Of a DNA stretch of 64,000 bases, positions 1-9,211 are shown in pieces. The translations under genes were made by a program, and so were the position numbers. The stretch spans positions 192,001 to 256,000 of the forward strand of contig CBDCLE010000003.1 in assembly GCA_965218585.1 (NCBI GenBank), given 5' to 3'. Every line of letters starts with the position of its first letter. The stretch's first letter is position 1. The notes under the pieces are model-generated. The model did not search any database and was not told where the DNA came from. It was given only the letters and a program-made list of their open reading frames with translations. This stretch comes from Terriglobia bacterium (lineage in GTDB: Bacteria; Acidobacteriota; Terriglobia; 20CM-2-55-15).

Positions 1-12
1 AAATAGGGGATC

Positions 13-140
13 CAACCGAGAGGCGCAGAGAACGCAAAGGTCGCAGAGTATTTCTCTTAGAATATTTTTTCCCGCGTCCTCAGCGTCTCTGCGTTTTGTT
101 TTCTGTTCTGAAGTCTTTGAGTCTTTGTGTCTTTGCGTGA
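13..140. repeat. Periodic short-unit inverted repeat element (CGCAGAG-type units at 8-9 bp spacing)
   Basis: CGCAGAG/CGCAAAG/CGCAGAG at 24, 33 and 42; complementary CTCAGCG/CTCTGCG at 79 and 87; then GTCTTTGN x3 at 113-136. Confidence 0.7.
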
Positions 141-210
141 CGGTGGGGTCACGGAAATCGACTTCCGGATATCGACTGTGACAAAATAAGGGCGTCGTTT
201 ATCAAAACAC

Positions 211-750
211 ATGGAGAAGCCGATGCTTGGAAAATTGAAACCGGGTCTGATGCTGATAGCCGTGATGTTGGTGTTCACCCTCACCGCCACAGCCCAACAT
301 CCTGATGACGCCTTTGTAGGTCAGATGGCGCCCGAGTTCAAGACCAGCGAGTGGATCAACTCTGACCCAGTGACTCTGGAGGATTTGAGAGGCAAGGTCG
401 TTCTGATCGACTTCTGGGCCTGGGACTGCCCCGAGTGCGCAAAGACGCTGCCGCATATGAAGGATCTGCACGCGAAGTATGCAGACCAGGGCCTTGTGAT
501 CGTCGGAGTGCACACCCCGCGGGCGGAGTATGAGAAGAAGGTCGAAGACGTGCGCCGGACGATGACGGAGAAGGGAATCGAATACGCTGTTACGATCGAC
601 CATGAATACCTGACGTGGCTGGACTACCTTGCTAACGCGTGGCCAACGCACTACGTCGTGGATCAGGAAGGCGTGATTCAGTTGAGCCACACCGGTATCG
701 GGCGTTACGAGGAGACCGAACAAGTAATCCAAAGACTGCTCCAGAACTGA
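211..750 (+). CDS. Exported TlpA/DipZ-like redoxin (thiol-disulfide oxidoreductase)
   Basis: Signal peptide; GKVVLIDFWAWDCPEC CxxC motif; VIVGVHTP and AWPT motifs of the redoxin fold. Confidence 0.88.
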   Translation: MEKPMLGKLKPGLMLIAVMLVFTLTATAQHPDDAFVGQMAPEFKTSEWINSDPVTLEDLRGKVVLIDFWAWDCPECAKTLPHMKDLHAKYADQGLVIVGVHTPRAEYEKKVEDVRRTMTEKGIEYAVTIDHEYLTWLDYLANAWPTHYVVDQEGVIQLSHTGIGRYEETEQVIQRLLQN

Positions 751-760
751 TTGCGCTTGG

Positions 761-1855
761 GTGAGGGATCCGGTTGTTTCCATGAAGGTTTCTATGCCTC
801 GATTTGTTCTGTTGAACCGAGGCCAGGCCACGCGGCTTGGCCTCTTTGTCGTGGCACTGCTCGTTTCCACCGCTGGGCTGGCTGAATCCCCGCAACGTCC
901 CGTACCCCCCCGTCCTAAGAACATTACGGGCCAGGTCTCCGACCTGCGCGGACAGCCGATTCCGGATGCCCGTGTTTTCATTCTCAATGTTGAGACTGGA
1001 GTGACACGGACTCACCAGTCCGACGAGAGGGGTGTGTACCGGGTGAACGGCCTGCCTCCGGGTGTCGATTACGAGGTCTATGCGGAGTTTGAAGGCATCG
1101 AGTCGGAACGCCGGACTGTGAGCCAGTTTTTGAACCGGGTGGACAATGTTCTGCACCTCGAACTGGATGTGGCGATCATACCGGCCGAGGAGACTGGGGC
1201 AGACGATCCAGGCGCTGTCACGATGGAAACCTTCGATCGGGTGCAGATTCACGGGTCCTTCGAGATGCCTGAAGGACTTCCCGCTCCCATTCCCGCCGCG
1301 CTCCTCCTCCACGGTTTTGGCGAAACCCGGGCGGTCTGGAACGAGTTGCGAGAGAGATTGTTGTTGGAAGGCTGGGCCGTGATGACGCTGGATCTCCGGG
1401 GGCACGGCCAGAGTCGCCTGCGAAACCGGGAAGAGTTCGGTCCCGAAGAGGCCTGGAGGACGGATTCGAGGCAGTTTCCGCTCGATGTCGAGCCGGCACT
1501 GGATTGGCTGAAATCTCAACCCCGACTGGATTCGAACCGCATCGCTGTCATCGGTACGGATGTGGGTGCGAACCTGGCGCTGATAGCTGCGGGTCGCTTT
1601 CCAGAGGTCGGGACCGCAGTCGCAATTGATCCGGTTCTGGAAGAGGCCCTGGCGATGGCGGGAACGGCGCGCGAGTTCACCCCGAGGATGGCCCACCTGA
1701 TCGTCAGAGAGCGGGAGACGGGGCAGGAGGTTCGGGAGTTCATCACCGGTGCATCCCGAATCACTGCCAGTGCCGTCGAGGGCGGAACCCTTCGATGGTT
1801 AGCAGCGCCGAACACGATTGACGAAATCGTACGCTGGCTGACCGACACTTACTGA
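761..1855 (+). CDS. Secreted fusion of a carboxypeptidase-regulatory-like domain and an alpha/beta-hydrolase-fold domain
   Basis: Signal peptide; ITGQVSD..GQPIPDARV..SDERGVYRVNGLPPG; LLHGFG, DLRGHGQS, nucleophile elbow GTDVG. True start may be 782 or 794. Confidence 0.8.
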   Translation: MRDPVVSMKVSMPRFVLLNRGQATRLGLFVVALLVSTAGLAESPQRPVPPRPKNITGQVSDLRGQPIPDARVFILNVETGVTRTHQSDERGVYRVNGLPPGVDYEVYAEFEGIESERRTVSQFLNRVDNVLHLELDVAIIPAEETGADDPGAVTMETFDRVQIHGSFEMPEGLPAPIPAALLLHGFGETRAVWNELRERLLLEGWAVMTLDLRGHGQSRLRNREEFGPEEAWRTDSRQFPLDVEPALDWLKSQPRLDSNRIAVIGTDVGANLALIAAGRFPEVGTAVAIDPVLEEALAMAGTAREFTPRMAHLIVRERETGQEVREFITGASRITASAVEGGTLRWLAAPNTIDEIVRWLTDTY

Positions 1856-1870
1856 GTACCCTCGCCCACC

Positions 1871-2173
1871 GTGATCGTTTACACCGGCCCGATTGACGAC
1901 GCCAGCAAGCTTATTCAATTCTTTCGTCGCGAGACCGATAAACTGCGTGCGCTACGCAAGGTCGTCATTTCACCCGAATCGACCCGTGTCCTGGACATCA
2001 ATAAGGATGGTGTCGAGTTTCCGAACCTCACCTACGGTTCCGAGGTCCTGGAAAGGTTGCTCGGAGAACTGGGCGTTGTTTTCAGGAAGGAAACGCTCCA
2101 CGCCCATCCGGGGGCGACCAAGGAATTTGACGTCTCGGCGCGCTGGACCTGGGGTCACGACCGCGTAATGTAG
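1871..2173 (+). CDS. Hypothetical protein
   Basis: 100-aa ORF, co-oriented with and closely spaced to neighbours; no recognisable motif. Confidence 0.65.
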   Translation: MIVYTGPIDDASKLIQFFRRETDKLRALRKVVISPESTRVLDINKDGVEFPNLTYGSEVLERLLGELGVVFRKETLHAHPGATKEFDVSARWTWGHDRVM

Positions 2174-2180
2174 GCGTCTT

Positions 2181-2211
2181 CTGTAGGTGCAGTCTATGAC
2201 CGCACCTACAG
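2181..2211. repeat. GTAG-type REP-like palindrome
   Basis: CTGTAGGTGCAGTC-TAT-GACCGCACCTACAG hairpin; second copy at 17283-17307. Confidence 0.75.
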
Positions 2212-2221
2212 TCCGATCCCT

Positions 2222-2259
2222 TAGAATGAGCCCATGGAAGTAGAATGAGCCCATGGAAG
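2222..2259. repeat. Perfect 19-bp tandem duplication
   Basis: TAGAATGAGCCCATGGAAG x2. Confidence 0.95.
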
Positions 2260-3047
2260 GTGTTCCCCCCGCAGATGGCGACAACGTTATTGACTGGGGA
2301 AAGACGAGCCGAGACTATTCCGACTGGCGTCCGAACTACCCGGACCGTTTCTTTGAGCTCCTGACATGCTTTGGAGTGGGCTTACCGGGCCAGAGGATTC
2401 TCGATCTGGGGACGGGTGTCGGGTTCCTCGCTCTCCAGTTCGCCAAACAGGGCGCGGTTACCACCGGCGTGGACATCTCCGCGGGACAGATCGAAGAAGC
2501 TAAGGGGCGCGCGGCCTCGCTTGGGTTCGAAGTCGACTTCCGGGTGGGCCCTGCCGAAGACACCGGACTTCCAACGTCCTCCTTCGATTTCATAACCGCC
2601 AGCCAGGCATGGCTGTACTTCGACAAAGATCGTATGATCTCGGAGGTGAAGCGGTTGCTACGCCCGGACGGACTACTGGTCACATCCCATTTTTCATGGC
2701 TGCCACGGCGAGACCCGATTGCGCGGACATCGGAAAAACTGGTTTTGAAGCACAATCCGAATTGGTCCGCGGCGAATTGGGCTGGGATCACGCCAACGAT
2801 TCCATCATGGTCCGAAAAGGATTTCGAAGTCCATGGGATGTTCATGTTTGACGAACCTATATCCTTCACCCGAGAATCCTGGCGTGGACGCATTCGAGCC
2901 TGTCGCGGTATAGGCGCGGTATTGACCGAGGAGCAAACAGAGATTTTTGACCGCGAACACGATGCTCTACTCGAAGAAACGACTGCTGACAATTTTTCTG
3001 TGCTGCACCGAATCGACGCGCATCTCCTGCGGCCGATCCGGGGGTAG
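2253..3047 (+). CDS. Class I SAM-dependent methyltransferase
   Basis: ILDLGTGVG motif I, GVDIS, SFDFITASQ, RLLRPDG. Confidence 0.9.
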   Translation: MEGVPPADGDNVIDWGKTSRDYSDWRPNYPDRFFELLTCFGVGLPGQRILDLGTGVGFLALQFAKQGAVTTGVDISAGQIEEAKGRAASLGFEVDFRVGPAEDTGLPTSSFDFITASQAWLYFDKDRMISEVKRLLRPDGLLVTSHFSWLPRRDPIARTSEKLVLKHNPNWSAANWAGITPTIPSWSEKDFEVHGMFMFDEPISFTRESWRGRIRACRGIGAVLTEEQTEIFDREHDALLEETTADNFSVLHRIDAHLLRPIRG

Positions 3048-3076
3048 ACTCGCTATTTTCCCTGAGGAAATCTTGA

Positions 3077-3919
3077 ATGTCTCCGAAATCGTCGAAGTCC
3101 CACCCTCGCCGGAAACGTAAGAACGACAAGCCCAGAATGGCGCAGCTTGCCGACCGGCATGTGCTCTATGAAGATGCCGTCCAGGCAGCCGATGCTGAAA
3201 TCGACTTCGTCGATGAAACGTTCATCCAGCTGCGTGGACGAAAGGCGAAGTGGCTGCGTGAGGACTTCTGTGGCACGGCCAACTCAGCGTGCGAGTGGGT
3301 CCGCCGCAGGAAAACGAACCATGCCATCGGCATCGATCTGGATGCGGATGTCCAGCAGTGGGCCCGAGAAAACCACATTGCGAACCTTGGCGCCGCCCGA
3401 AACCGTATCGAACTCCTCAACGCCAACGTTCTTACAGTGAAGTGCACGCCGGTGGACGTTGTCCTCGCGATGAACTTCAGTTACTGGGTTTTCAAGGAGC
3501 GTAAGCTCCTGCTGCGGTACTTCAGGAGCGTCCATAGAGGCCTTGGTCCGGACGGTGTCCTGATGCTTGACGCTTACGGGGGCCCCGATGCCCATCGTGA
3601 GATGGTCGAAAAGACCGAACACGACGACTTTACGTACGTCTGGGACCAGGACAGCTACGATCCCATCAACGGGAACATCGTCTGTCACATCCATTTCACG
3701 TTCCCCGACGGTTCCCGCATGAGGAAGGCCTTTACTTACGACTGGCGCCTCTGGAGTCTTCCCGAACTCCGGGATGTCCTGCTGGAAGCGGGTTTTAAAC
3801 GTGTGACCGTCTACTGGGAGGGAACCGACGAAGACGGTGATGGTAACGGCGAATTCTCGCCTGCCGAGGTAGGTGAGGCTGATACGGCGTTTATCGTCTA
3901 CATCGTTGCGGAGAAGTGA
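3077..3919 (+). CDS. Class I SAM-dependent methyltransferase (LREDFCGT type)
   Basis: LREDFCGTA, AIGIDLD, AMNFSY, LGPDGVLMLDAYGG, FTYDWRLW. Confidence 0.85.
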   Translation: MSPKSSKSHPRRKRKNDKPRMAQLADRHVLYEDAVQAADAEIDFVDETFIQLRGRKAKWLREDFCGTANSACEWVRRRKTNHAIGIDLDADVQQWARENHIANLGAARNRIELLNANVLTVKCTPVDVVLAMNFSYWVFKERKLLLRYFRSVHRGLGPDGVLMLDAYGGPDAHREMVEKTEHDDFTYVWDQDSYDPINGNIVCHIHFTFPDGSRMRKAFTYDWRLWSLPELRDVLLEAGFKRVTVYWEGTDEDGDGNGEFSPAEVGEADTAFIVYIVAEK

Positions 3920-3923
3920 CGGT

Positions 3924-4549
3924 TTAAGGCAGGAGATCGATTCGGAATTCCGCGGTCGAGAAGCCGCCTCCCGCTGGCAGCAGCGTGGTATGGATCAACA
4001 GGGACTGGGCCTGCCCCGGTTCGATCGAGGTCGCCTGTGTCAGACCGTCCGGACTCACACAAACAAAGCTCCTCGGGGCGCCGACTCTCTCGGGTTGGTT
4101 GACCCATCGGACGAACTCTCTCAGGTTCCACGGCCTGACTTCCAGGTTGATACTCGGATCAAATTCCTCTGGGTCGCCGCGTTCTCGATCATCCCGCTGC
4201 AGATCAGGTTGCCGTTTCGGTCGAAGTAGTTTGCCGTCAGGTGGATTTCCCCACCCAGGCAATCCCTCCTGGAACGACCCGTTGTCGCAGTCCTCAAGCG
4301 ACCCATCGTCGCGAAGAGGTTGAGCGGCAGGGAAGCTTCGAGTTCCCGTCCCACACGCCCTCGGTTGTTTACCAGCCGAAGCTCGGGGGTGCATAGGGGG
4401 GCAATCAGATCCTGCTGTTCTTCCAGGAGTTCGGTGAGTCGTTCCAGCTCTTCCTGTTGGAGCTGCAGCTGTTGCTGTATCTGTTGCAGCTCTTGCTCCA
4501 ACTGTTGTGGAGGCAGGACGAGGATCCATGCCAGGAGAAGAGTGGTCAT
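3924..4549 (-). pseudogene. Secreted Gln-rich coiled-coil hypothetical protein, split by a frameshift near 4150-4200
   Basis: ORF 4121..4549 gives the N-terminus (hydrophobic leader, QQLEQELQQIQQQL). The protein-like tail SINLEVRPWNLREFVRWVN...FRIDLLP is in the frame of ORF 3924..4595. Confidence 0.6.
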
Positions 4550-4657
4550 AGGGTAATAGACCCCCGGTCAGCGAAAACGGTTCAATCGTCTTCAAGCATT
4601 TCGCGCACCAACGGGGCAGGTCACGGGCCGCTAAAGCTGGGGGCTTCAGAATCGATC

Positions 4658-4945
4658 TCAGGCGGCTGAAATCCTTCGGACGCGCAAATTCTTCCGGTTT
4701 CTCTCAGCATGCCAGAGGTCGAACTGTACCTGCTGGTTCAACCAACTCTCGGCGGTTGTGTTGAAGGCAAGCGACAGACGCACTGCCATCTCGGGACTGA
4801 TACCCGCACGACCATTGAGGATGGTGGAAAGCGTCTTTCGGCTGATGCCAAGCGCCTTTGCGGTTTCTGTTACCGTCAGACCCAACGGCTCGAGGCAGAG
4901 CTCCTTGAGTATCTCTCCAGGGTGTGGTGGGTTATGCATCTTCAT
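4658..4945 (-). CDS. higA: HigA-family addiction module antitoxin (XRE HTH), orphan
   Basis: [51 protein letters not shown] is the HigA signature; ATG at 4945. Confidence 0.9.
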   Translation of the reverse strand: MKMHNPPHPGEILKELCLEPLGLTVTETAKALGISRKTLSTILNGRAGISPEMAVRLSLAFNTTAESWLNQQVQFDLWHAERNRKNLRVRRISAA

Positions 4946-4998
4946 GGTGTAAGCCTCAGTGAAAATGTAACGCGAGTAGTTACGGGTTTCAAGTTGAA

Positions 4999-6087
4999 CT
5001 AGAGTTTGAGCGCCGCCAGATCGATCTCGGGCGCCGAATCGGCCCACTTTTTCTTGAGCTGCCCACACGCGGCTGAGATGTCATCTCCCCGGCTCTTGCG
5101 GATAAAGGCCCGGACTCCCCTGTCTCTCAGGATGTTCTGGAAACCCAGGATTGTGGCCTGATCGGGGCGTTTGTAGTCCAGATCCTGCGATTCGTTCAGG
5201 GGAATCAGGTTCACCTTTGCCCGGGCTCTTTGCGCAACCAGTGCCAGGTCCTCGGCCTGATCGGGGGAGTCGGTCACGCTGCGGAGCAGGACGTATTCCA
5301 GCGTGACCTGCTGCCTGGGTTTCAAAGGGAAGTCGCGGAGAACCGCGACCAGGTCATCGATCGGGTAGGTTCGGTTGATCGGCATCAGCTTATTGCGTAT
5401 CCCATCCGTTGCACCCGTGAGCGAAACGGCCAGGTTCGGAATCAGGCTCTCCTCGGAAAGACGCCGTAGTTCGGGAATCAACCCGACCGTCGAGAGCGTC
5501 ACGCGCGACATGGAGAGGTTCATTCCTGTCGGGTCATTCAGGATGGTCAGCGCCTTAATCACGTTGTCGTAGTTGTGGAGAGGTTCGCCCATTCCCATGA
5601 GGACGATGTTGAAAGCGTTAGAGTTGCCAGTAAGGTTCGTTCTTTGGGCGACCAGGACCTGGGCGACGATCTCCCCAGCCGTCAGGTGCCGGGAGAATCC
5701 CAGTTGCCCTGTCAGGCAGAACGTGCACGCCAGTCCACAGCCGACCTGAGACGAGACGCAAATCGTCTTCCGCTCCCCATCGGGTATGACAACGGTTTCG
5801 ATCATTTCGCCGTCCCCCAGCCGGATCAAGTGGCGGCGCGTCCCATCCTCCGCCTCGAAGGTCTTGTGTATGGGGGGCATTCGGACCTCCCACCGTGCCT
5901 TAAGAGTGGCCCGCAATGACTTGGGGAGGTTCGTGATCCGGTCGAAGTCGTCGATCCCATGCTTGTAAACGGCTTCGTAGAGTTGCGTTGACCTGAACGA
6001 AGGATCTAGCGCTTCGGATAGCTCATCTCGCGACAGATTGAAAAAGGATTCAATGGGTTCGGAGATATCGGAACGGGATTGGAACAC
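4999..6087 (-). CDS. rlmN: 23S rRNA (adenine-2503-C2)-methyltransferase RlmN
   Basis: [15 protein letters not shown] radical-SAM motif, MGMGEP, AACGQL. Confidence 0.95.
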   Translation of the reverse strand: MFQSRSDISEPIESFFNLSRDELSEALDPSFRSTQLYEAVYKHGIDDFDRITNLPKSLRATLKARWEVRMPPIHKTFEAEDGTRRHLIRLGDGEMIETVVIPDGERKTICVSSQVGCGLACTFCLTGQLGFSRHLTAGEIVAQVLVAQRTNLTGNSNAFNIVLMGMGEPLHNYDNVIKALTILNDPTGMNLSMSRVTLSTVGLIPELRRLSEESLIPNLAVSLTGATDGIRNKLMPINRTYPIDDLVAVLRDFPLKPRQQVTLEYVLLRSVTDSPDQAEDLALVAQRARAKVNLIPLNESQDLDYKRPDQATILGFQNILRDRGVRAFIRKSRGDDISAACGQLKKKWADSAPEIDLAALKL

Positions 6088-6097
6088 GGGGCTGGGG

Positions 6098-6661
6098 TCA
6101 GTCCCCGATTTGGCGGGTAGTCACCTCAGAAAACGAACCGTTTTCGTGCCGGGCGACCAACTCTTCGATTTCATTGAGGAACTGGGGGGTCATCCATCGC
6201 CGGTAGCTGATGAACTTCTGAACGACGTTGCCGTTGCCGTCGATAAAAAACGTTTCGGGAACGCCCAGAGCCCGATATCGTAGGTAGACCTGACGACCCG
6301 GGTCCAGAACCGTCGGGATGTCCAGGTCGTGCTCTTCGTAAAACTCCTGGACGTCTTCCCAGTTCGTGTCGATGCTGACGGCCAGCATCTTGAACGGACG
6401 GCCTTCAAAGTGCTGATTCAAGGCCATCATGTCCGGCATCTCGACGATGCAGGGTTCGCACCACGTGGCCCAGAAGTTCAAGAAAACCAGGTTCCCTGCG
6501 AAGTCGCCCAGGCTCACGGTTTCACCATTCTGGTTAGCGAGTTCGAACTCGGGCGCCACAGAGCCGATCAGGGTCGGGTCCGGAGCGATCGATTCCCTGT
6601 AAATCGCGTAGGCGGCCAGCAGCCCGACAAGGGTGAAAAACATGAATGGCTTGAGACGCAT
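6098..6661 (-). CDS. TlpA/ResA-family disulfide reductase
   Basis: N-terminal TM segment; FLNFWATWCEPCIVEMP; GVPETFFID. Confidence 0.9.
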   Translation of the reverse strand: MRLKPFMFFTLVGLLAAYAIYRESIAPDPTLIGSVAPEFELANQNGETVSLGDFAGNLVFLNFWATWCEPCIVEMPDMMALNQHFEGRPFKMLAVSIDTNWEDVQEFYEEHDLDIPTVLDPGRQVYLRYRALGVPETFFIDGNGNVVQKFISYRRWMTPQFLNEIEELVARHENGSFSEVTTRQIGD

Positions 6662-6808
6662 GGTCGTATTCTATCGAAATCTGGAATTTATTGGTAGGTT
6701 CCCCCGTCCTGTCCACCGAAGATAGGACACTGGCGTCGGATCGCGACATGGGGTCCCTTCTGAACCGTTTTTAGCTTTACACACCAACGCTTACTTGGAT
6801 TTCTTTAA

Positions 6809-7597
6809 ATGTCGATAAGGGTTTCTGTCCTGGGCAGCGGGAGTCGCGGTAACGCGACATACATCCGGACCGAGAAGGTTCGCCTTTTGATCGACTGTGG
6901 ACTGGGCCCGAGAACGCTGGCCAAGCGCCTCCGGGCGATCGGTGAGGACCCGGATCGAATCGATGCGGTATTTGTGACGCACGAGCACACCGACCATGTC
7001 GGTGGCCTCAGGTCGATGATTAAGAAGTTTTCCGTCGAGGTCTTCATGTCCTGCGGGACGATCGACGGGAGCCGGGCTGACAGTTTCGATATGAACGGGT
7101 CGGGGATCGTGCCCATTGTTCCCGGCAGAAGTTTCGCGGTTGGGGATGTGGAGGTCGATACTGTAGCCGTTCCCCACGATGCGGAAGAGCCGACCGCTTT
7201 TTCTGTGCGCTACAATGGAATTAAGGTGACTCAACTGACCGATCTGGGATGGATTCCCGATCACGTGGCCGATCTGCTCAAGGGGAGTCATATCCTGATC
7301 CTGGAATCCAACCATGATCTCGACATGCTTCGGATGGGGTCGTATCCCTGGAGCCTGAAGGAGAGGCTTATGGGCCGGAAAGGGCACCTCTCTAACGACG
7401 CCGTTGGTCGATATCTCACCGGTCCCTACGACGGTGGCGCCCAGCATCTTGTCCTGGCCCATCTAAGTTCCAAGAACAACCATCCGGAAATCGCCCGGCA
7501 GGAAGCCTGCCAGGCACTGTCTTCAAGGGGGTTTGGGGAGACCGAGGTCTCGCTAGCCTCACAGGACACTCCAAGTACACCCATAGAAATGGGTTAG
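6809..7597 (+). CDS. MBL-fold metallo-hydrolase (YycJ/WalJ-like)
   Basis: LGSGSRGN, THEHTDH, PHDA, TDLG, ESNHD, GHLSN, LAHLS. Confidence 0.9.
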   Translation: MSIRVSVLGSGSRGNATYIRTEKVRLLIDCGLGPRTLAKRLRAIGEDPDRIDAVFVTHEHTDHVGGLRSMIKKFSVEVFMSCGTIDGSRADSFDMNGSGIVPIVPGRSFAVGDVEVDTVAVPHDAEEPTAFSVRYNGIKVTQLTDLGWIPDHVADLLKGSHILILESNHDLDMLRMGSYPWSLKERLMGRKGHLSNDAVGRYLTGPYDGGAQHLVLAHLSSKNNHPEIARQEACQALSSRGFGETEVSLASQDTPSTPIEMG

Positions 7598-7609
7598 GAG
7601 AGCAGAGAT

Positions 7610-8911
7610 TTGATCCCACGATATACGCGTCCAGCCATGGGTCGCATCTGGGAGGAAGAAAACAAGTACCGTAAGTGGCTGGAGGTGGAGTTGGCGGCGA
7701 CGAGCGTTCTGGAGGAGGACGGCGTCGTACCTGCTGATGCGGCGAAGGAGATTAGGGAGAGAGCGGACGTCTCGGTGGAGCGTATCGAGGAAATTGAAGC
7801 TGAAGTCCGTCACGATGTCATCGCATTCACGACGACCGTAGCCGAGTATGTCGGGGAATCGGCCCGATACTTTCATTACGGGCTCACCTCCTCAGACGTC
7901 GTCGATACGGCCCTGGCCCTCCAGGTCAAGGAAGCCTCAGCGTTGCTGCTCGAGGGATTGGATCACCTCCTCGAAGTCCTCGAAAAGCGGGCCCACGAGT
8001 TCAAGGCCACTGTGATGGTGGGGCGTACCCACGGCATCCACGCCGAACCTATTACTTTTGGTCATAAGCTTGCGATCTGGTACGACGAGGTCCGTCGACA
8101 ACGCGACCGCATGGCGGACGTCGCCGAGGGGATGCGCGTCGGGAAGCTTTCAGGCGCCGTCGGTACCTTCGCGCATCTTTCGCCCAAGGTTGAAGAACGC
8201 GTGATGGAGCGGTTGGGGTTGCGGCCTGCGCCGGCCTCTTCCCAGGTTGTGCAGAGGGACCAGCACGCAGCCTACATATCGGCGATCGCACTGGTCGGAG
8301 CGACGCTCGAGAAGATCGCCATCGAAGTCCGCCACCTGCAGCGCACCGAAGTTAGGGAAGCGCAGGAATACTTTTCCGCCAAGCAGAAGGGTTCTTCGGC
8401 CATGCCGCACAAACGGAACCCGATCAGTTCGGAACAGATTTCCGGGCTGGCCCGCATCCTCAGAAGCAATGCACAGGCGGGATTCGAAAACGTCGCTTTG
8501 TGGCAGGAGCGCGACATCTCCCACTCTTCGGCCGAGAGGATCATCTTTCCGGATTCGACGATTGTTCTCGATTACCTGTTGGACCGGACGGCGACCCTCG
8601 TCGAGAAGCTTGTTGTCTACCCGGAAAGGATGCGAGAGAACATGGACCTGACCCACGGGCTCATCTATTCCGGACAGCTTCTGCTCGAGTTGGTTGAGAA
8701 GGGTGTGACGCGCGAGGATGCCTATCGTTGGGTCCAGAGAAACGCGATGCGCGCCTGGGACGACGGTGTTGATTTCAAGGACAGTGTTCTCGAGGACAAA
8801 GACATCTCGAGCCGGCTTGAGCCCAAACATATCGACGCGGTTTTTAATTCCGAACGGTTGCTGGAAAACGTGGACTACATCTTCGCGCGGGTTTTTGGAA
8901 CTGAGGGCTGA
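7610..8911 (+). CDS. purB: Adenylosuccinate lyase
   Basis: MIPRY, HYGLTSSD, GRTHGIHAEP, GSSAMPHKRNP. Confidence 0.97.
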   Translation: MIPRYTRPAMGRIWEEENKYRKWLEVELAATSVLEEDGVVPADAAKEIRERADVSVERIEEIEAEVRHDVIAFTTTVAEYVGESARYFHYGLTSSDVVDTALALQVKEASALLLEGLDHLLEVLEKRAHEFKATVMVGRTHGIHAEPITFGHKLAIWYDEVRRQRDRMADVAEGMRVGKLSGAVGTFAHLSPKVEERVMERLGLRPAPASSQVVQRDQHAAYISAIALVGATLEKIAIEVRHLQRTEVREAQEYFSAKQKGSSAMPHKRNPISSEQISGLARILRSNAQAGFENVALWQERDISHSSAERIIFPDSTIVLDYLLDRTATLVEKLVVYPERMRENMDLTHGLIYSGQLLLELVEKGVTREDAYRWVQRNAMRAWDDGVDFKDSVLEDKDISSRLEPKHIDAVFNSERLLENVDYIFARVFGTEG

Positions 8912-8961
8912 TGGCCGATAGTCGTCTCATTAATCAAGAGTTGTGAAAGGCTAACCCAGGA

Positions 8962-9204
8962 ATGAAAGTAACAGTCATCGTGACGCTCAAGCCGACGGTT
9001 CTCGACCCCCAGGGGCTCACGATCCATCGAAACCTGGAAACGGCCGGTATATCGGGCGTCAGCGAAGTGCGCCAGGGTAAGTACTTCGACGTAGAAGTCG
9101 GTGACGAATTGAGCGAGGCGGATCGTGAGGCTCTGGTCGAACGTCTGGCCCGGGACGTTCTGACAAACCCTGTTATCGAAAACTATCGAATCGAATGGGA
9201 GTGA
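8962..9204 (+). CDS. purS: Phosphoribosylformylglycinamidine synthase subunit PurS
   Basis: [24 protein letters not shown]. Confidence 0.95.
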   Translation: MKVTVIVTLKPTVLDPQGLTIHRNLETAGISGVSEVRQGKYFDVEVGDELSEADREALVERLARDVLTNPVIENYRIEWE

Positions 9205-9211
9205 GCGGAAA

